Origin: Squalus acanthias
Taxonomy: Eukaryota
Assembly (NCBI GenBank): GCA_030390025.1
Contig: CM059433.1
Location: 30,010,001-30,074,000, forward strand
Direction: 5' to 3'
Length of the DNA stretch: 64,000 bases
A program made the position numbers and the translations under genes. Shown in pieces: positions 60,536-64,000 of this stretch (within the stretch, counting starts at the first letter, position 1; each line of letters starts with the position of its first letter). Below the pieces are notes generated by a model. That model saw nothing but the letters and a program-made list of their open reading frames with translations. It was not told the origin of the DNA and did not search any database.

Positions 60536-61700
60536 GTAAGTACAAAAACATTTTTTGGCTTTTAACCTCTCCAGACCAATCATGCAAAATAGTCCATTTA
60601 GGTCGTGTTGCAGTAGTGTTTGAGGCCTCCTGAGTAAAATCCTAGTCTTGATTGAAAGTTATATCCGGCTACCCTGAACAGTATGTATTGGTTCATGTAG
60701 CTACAGCTGGCAGCCCCAATTCAAGGTTGATACTTTTCTCTGGTAAATTATTTACTGTGACCTGTTTAAGCACAGGCTTGTATTAATGTATAACATCAGA
60801 TTCTGTGAACTGCCTGTTATTTTTGGGATGTCACTTATCTTTTGCACTCTTGTACATCATTCTTGTCTAGAACAGTGTTCTTATCGACTGCACCAATCTA
60901 ACATGGGAACATTTCCACCATGTGAACCATTTTTTTTTAGCCCAAACTTGCATTGATCACTGCTGTGACTATCTCAAGCCTGGAGTAGAGTTGAAAGACC
61001 TTTGCACTGTAGTTGGTAACTGGCCTGATGGATTAGTTTGCTACCCCACCTCTGGTACTTGCACTTGAATGCAGATCAGACTGATGCACTCCTGTTCTGC
61101 TATAAAGGTCCTACCTGAAGTGAGTTCAGGCAGTTTCAGTCCAATTCCTACACAAATGCTGAATTGGTGCACTCTCTGATGCCTGGTTTTAAATGACACG
61201 TCCCACTCGTGCACTTGAGCCTAAGGCTATTGCAGCTGGAGATTTGCTCTGCATATAATCTGCTTTATCTGACCTGAAGATGCTTGATGGGTGCCTAAAA
61301 AAGGGGAAAGTGTTACATTTTCCATTAGGAACATTCCTTACCTTGAGCATAAAATTCACAATTTTTAAATGCATTATTTAATAGGGATAAGATGACTCCC
61401 CAAACTAAGATTCTTGGTAAGAAATTGGCTGTGGAAGATGCACTGGAAAGGGAATTCTTGCATGCAAGGTCTTGGAATGCACATCTTTGTCAGTTAATAG
61501 TCTATAGTGTACAGAATCTGTCACTTCACATGCAGCATTGTGAAAATTAATGAAGATTTGACTACGTTTGGTTGATCATGGAGTTCCATTAAAGGCATCG
61601 AGAAAGGTTTGGCACAGATTGTCCTGTTTGGGTGAGGGTTGTGTTGTAAAATGGTGAATTGGTGCATGAAAACACAACAAGAACTTTGTCTTTCTAACAG

Positions 61701-61831
61701 GACTGGCCATTTGATGATGGTGCTCCACCTTCCAATCAGATTGTGGATGATTGGCTTAGCCTTTTGAGAGCCAAGTTCCGGGAAGATCCTGGCTGTTGCA
61801 TTGCTGTCCATTGTGTGGCAGGACTTGGACG
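61701..61831 (+). CDS. PTP4A1: PRL phosphatase coding exon 4 (WPFDD loop and HCVAGLGR P-loop)
   Basis: Acceptor tttctaacag| and donor |gtgcgt flank 131 nt encoding [43 protein letters not shown](R). Confidence 0.96.
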
Positions 61832-61918
61832 GTGCGTACTATTCCTGCATTCTCCAGATTTTTATTGCATGCTACTTGAACTATGGCTGTGAAACAGGCA
61901 CATTAGTGTAAATGTGCT

Positions 61919-63105
61919 TAGTTGAGACCAGCACTCATGCATAGTTAACTTCTACCATGGTGTAGTCCAACAACTTGTTTGTATAGAGAATTTAATGTAG
62001 AAAAATGTTTACATGTTCTCGAGGGGGGAGGAAAAAGGTATTGGAATAAAGGAATGGTTGCTGAGCCATAATTGGAGGTATGCAAAAGTTTGGTTGAAAA
62101 GATGGATCTTGACAGTTTTTAAAGTTGAGAAGTGGGAGAGCTAGTGCGGTTTAGGGAGGAGTTCCAGAGCAGAGCTGAGGCAGCTGAAGGTTCTCTCCAA
62201 TTGGAGGAGAGGATACAAAGCCAGAGGATGGAAGGGTGGTTAGAACATTTGAAGATGAGGGTGACCTTTTTAATTCGGCATGTTGAGGGTTGCTGTGGAT
62301 GGGGCTAGTGCGAGGCTGAGATACAGACAGCTGAGTTTTTCCCAACACTGATTTTATGGAGCAAGCAAGATATTAAAATCAAGTCTAAAGGTAACAAAAT
62401 AATCTTGAGGGTTTTGGTGGCAGTAGGGTTGACAACTGCAGACAAGTGATATATAGGAATGTGGGGTTTGAAGCTCAGCTGGGATTGAATCACACCAAGG
62501 TTTTATGTGGCCTGGTTTTACCTGGACACCATTAGGAATTTGCTTTGTACTGTAGAAGTATACCAAGTAATGAGTTAACACGTTCCTTTTTACAGCTTTC
62601 TACTGCCAGCTGAAAAGGCCTTTAGTAAGTTCAATCACAGGAACAAAGTGGGTTACATTGGCAACCTCATGTGGTAGGAATAGCTTGCGTGGAGAAATGG
62701 AGATGTAGTGCTCTACATCTAGAACTACATCTGATCTGAGTCTTGTTCACCAGGGTTGATACCCTGGCCCAGCTAGTGCTATTGGCATTACTAAGTGCCA
62801 ATTGCACTTTAGTGCCACAGTTTCACATTCACTAATTGATACTTAATTGCACTGCCCATAAGCAGAAAATTCCTGGAACTGTCTCGTTTGTTCTTTTTCC
62901 TCCTTCCTGTCATCTAACTTTTTTCTTAAGTCTATCCTTTGCTTATGTCTTGCTGTTGTGCATTTTTGTTGTCCCCTTCTGTCTCTCTTTTCCCCCCACT
63001 CCTCCCTGACTTGGTTACAATGGAGGCTGGGGGTCTGAGGTGGGAACTCAGTGTTGCAGTACATCTGGGCCATGGCCCGAACTGATGCTCAGTGTCTGAG
63101 ATGTC
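61919..63105 (+). repeat. Intronic duplication, copy B (intron 4), with about 255 bp extra at about 62541-62795
   Basis: Starts tagttgagaccagca as copy A does, and alignment resumes after the extra block. Confidence 0.85.
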
Positions 63106-63838
63106 CTGCAATGTGTGCAGGGTGAGAAACTAGAGTGGGGCGAACATGGGGAGTGCTGGTGTGGCCCCAGGTCAGGAAAGAGTATAGAACCCAAACCAAA
63201 TTGCTGAAATACTTGCAACTTGACTACAGAGGTTATCAAAAATTGAGATCTCAGCATTTCACTATTTTAGGGTTTGTACCTTGAGACTCATTCAAAACAC
63301 CTCAAACTTTGCCTGCTGTGAGAATCTTATTCAAAACACCTCAAACTTTGCTCTCAAATAAAATGCATTCATTTAAATTCAGTTTGACCCAGCTAACTTC
63401 TCATTACTTTCTAGTGCCTGCTGTCAAGGAGACATAAATGTAAGGCTTTGGGCCACAAAAATGCTGTACAGTGAATCTGAGGCAGCAGCAAAGGTAGGAG
63501 GCTGAGACAGGCCTCCTTTCCAGAGAAAACAGCCCCTCACAAAAACAAGCAACTGATTAGTGGAGGAGGAAGCTGCAAACCATGTCGTCAATTCACTGAA
63601 CAGTGCAGTCCTGGGAGGGAGCAGGTGGGCTGTTAGCATAATTTAGTACCTGATTACTGGGGACTGATCCGATGGACTTAAAACAGACCAGTATTTGATC
63701 CTGTGATTTTTTTTTTTTGTACAGACTAATCAAATCCACAGGGCACAACTGACTATAGGGGACCATGATGGATGCAACTTGTCTAGATTTTTCAGGAGGT
63801 GAAAGTGATCTTGCCTGAAACTATTTTCTTCTCAACAG

Positions 63839-63913
63839 AGCTCCAGTTCTGGTGGCCTTGGCGCTGATCGAATGTGGAATGAAGTACGAAGATGCTGTTC
63901 AGTTCATTCGACA
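63839..63913 (+). CDS. PTP4A1: PRL phosphatase coding exon 5; the final CAAX exon is outside the window
   Basis: Acceptor ctcaacag| and donor |gtaagt flank 75 nt encoding (R)[24 protein letters not shown](Q). Phase is compatible with exon 4. Confidence 0.95.
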
Positions 63914-64000
63914 GTAAGTGAAGTTTGTATTGTGACCTTTATACACTCAGAATCCCCACAGTGCAGATAGAGGCCATTTCGGTCCATCGAGCCTGCACCG

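Noticed and set aside
1..64000. Prokaryotic systems (CRISPR arrays, operons, defence islands)
   Set aside because: Spliceosomal introns and vertebrate SINEs and LINEs show this is eukaryotic DNA, and no regularly spaced repeat-spacer array is present.

Overview
This is eukaryotic DNA, most likely from a shark or other cartilaginous fish, judged from the HE1-type V-SINEs and many SacSINE1-like DeuSINEs. Repeats dominate the window: CR1 and L2-group LINEs, SINEs, PIF/Harbinger transposons and MITEs, a Gypsy fragment, a Tx1-like fragment and Penelope-like elements. The one confidently identified host gene is a PRL phosphatase (PTP4A1-like, + strand). It has a CpG-island promoter at about 46.8-47.7 kb, a short exon 1, a 10-kb first intron and four coding exons; the last CAAX exon lies beyond the window. 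Four signals are missed by the ORF track. (1) A 37-aa upstream ORF (MSKHIP|QFCGVLGHTFMEFLKGSGDYCQAQHDVYADK) forms only after splicing across the 10-kb intron, with two further tiny uORFs. (2) Penelope-derived minimal hammerhead-ribozyme motifs show stem covariation between copies, and one pair sits in a perfect 89-bp palindrome. (3) A 3.27-kb Harbinger element keeps a three-exon Myb/SANT gene almost intact but has lost its transposase core. (4) A roughly 1-kb intronic duplication lies inside the PTP4A gene. Repeat boundaries were read by eye and are approximate, and family names come from recalled motifs, not database searches.
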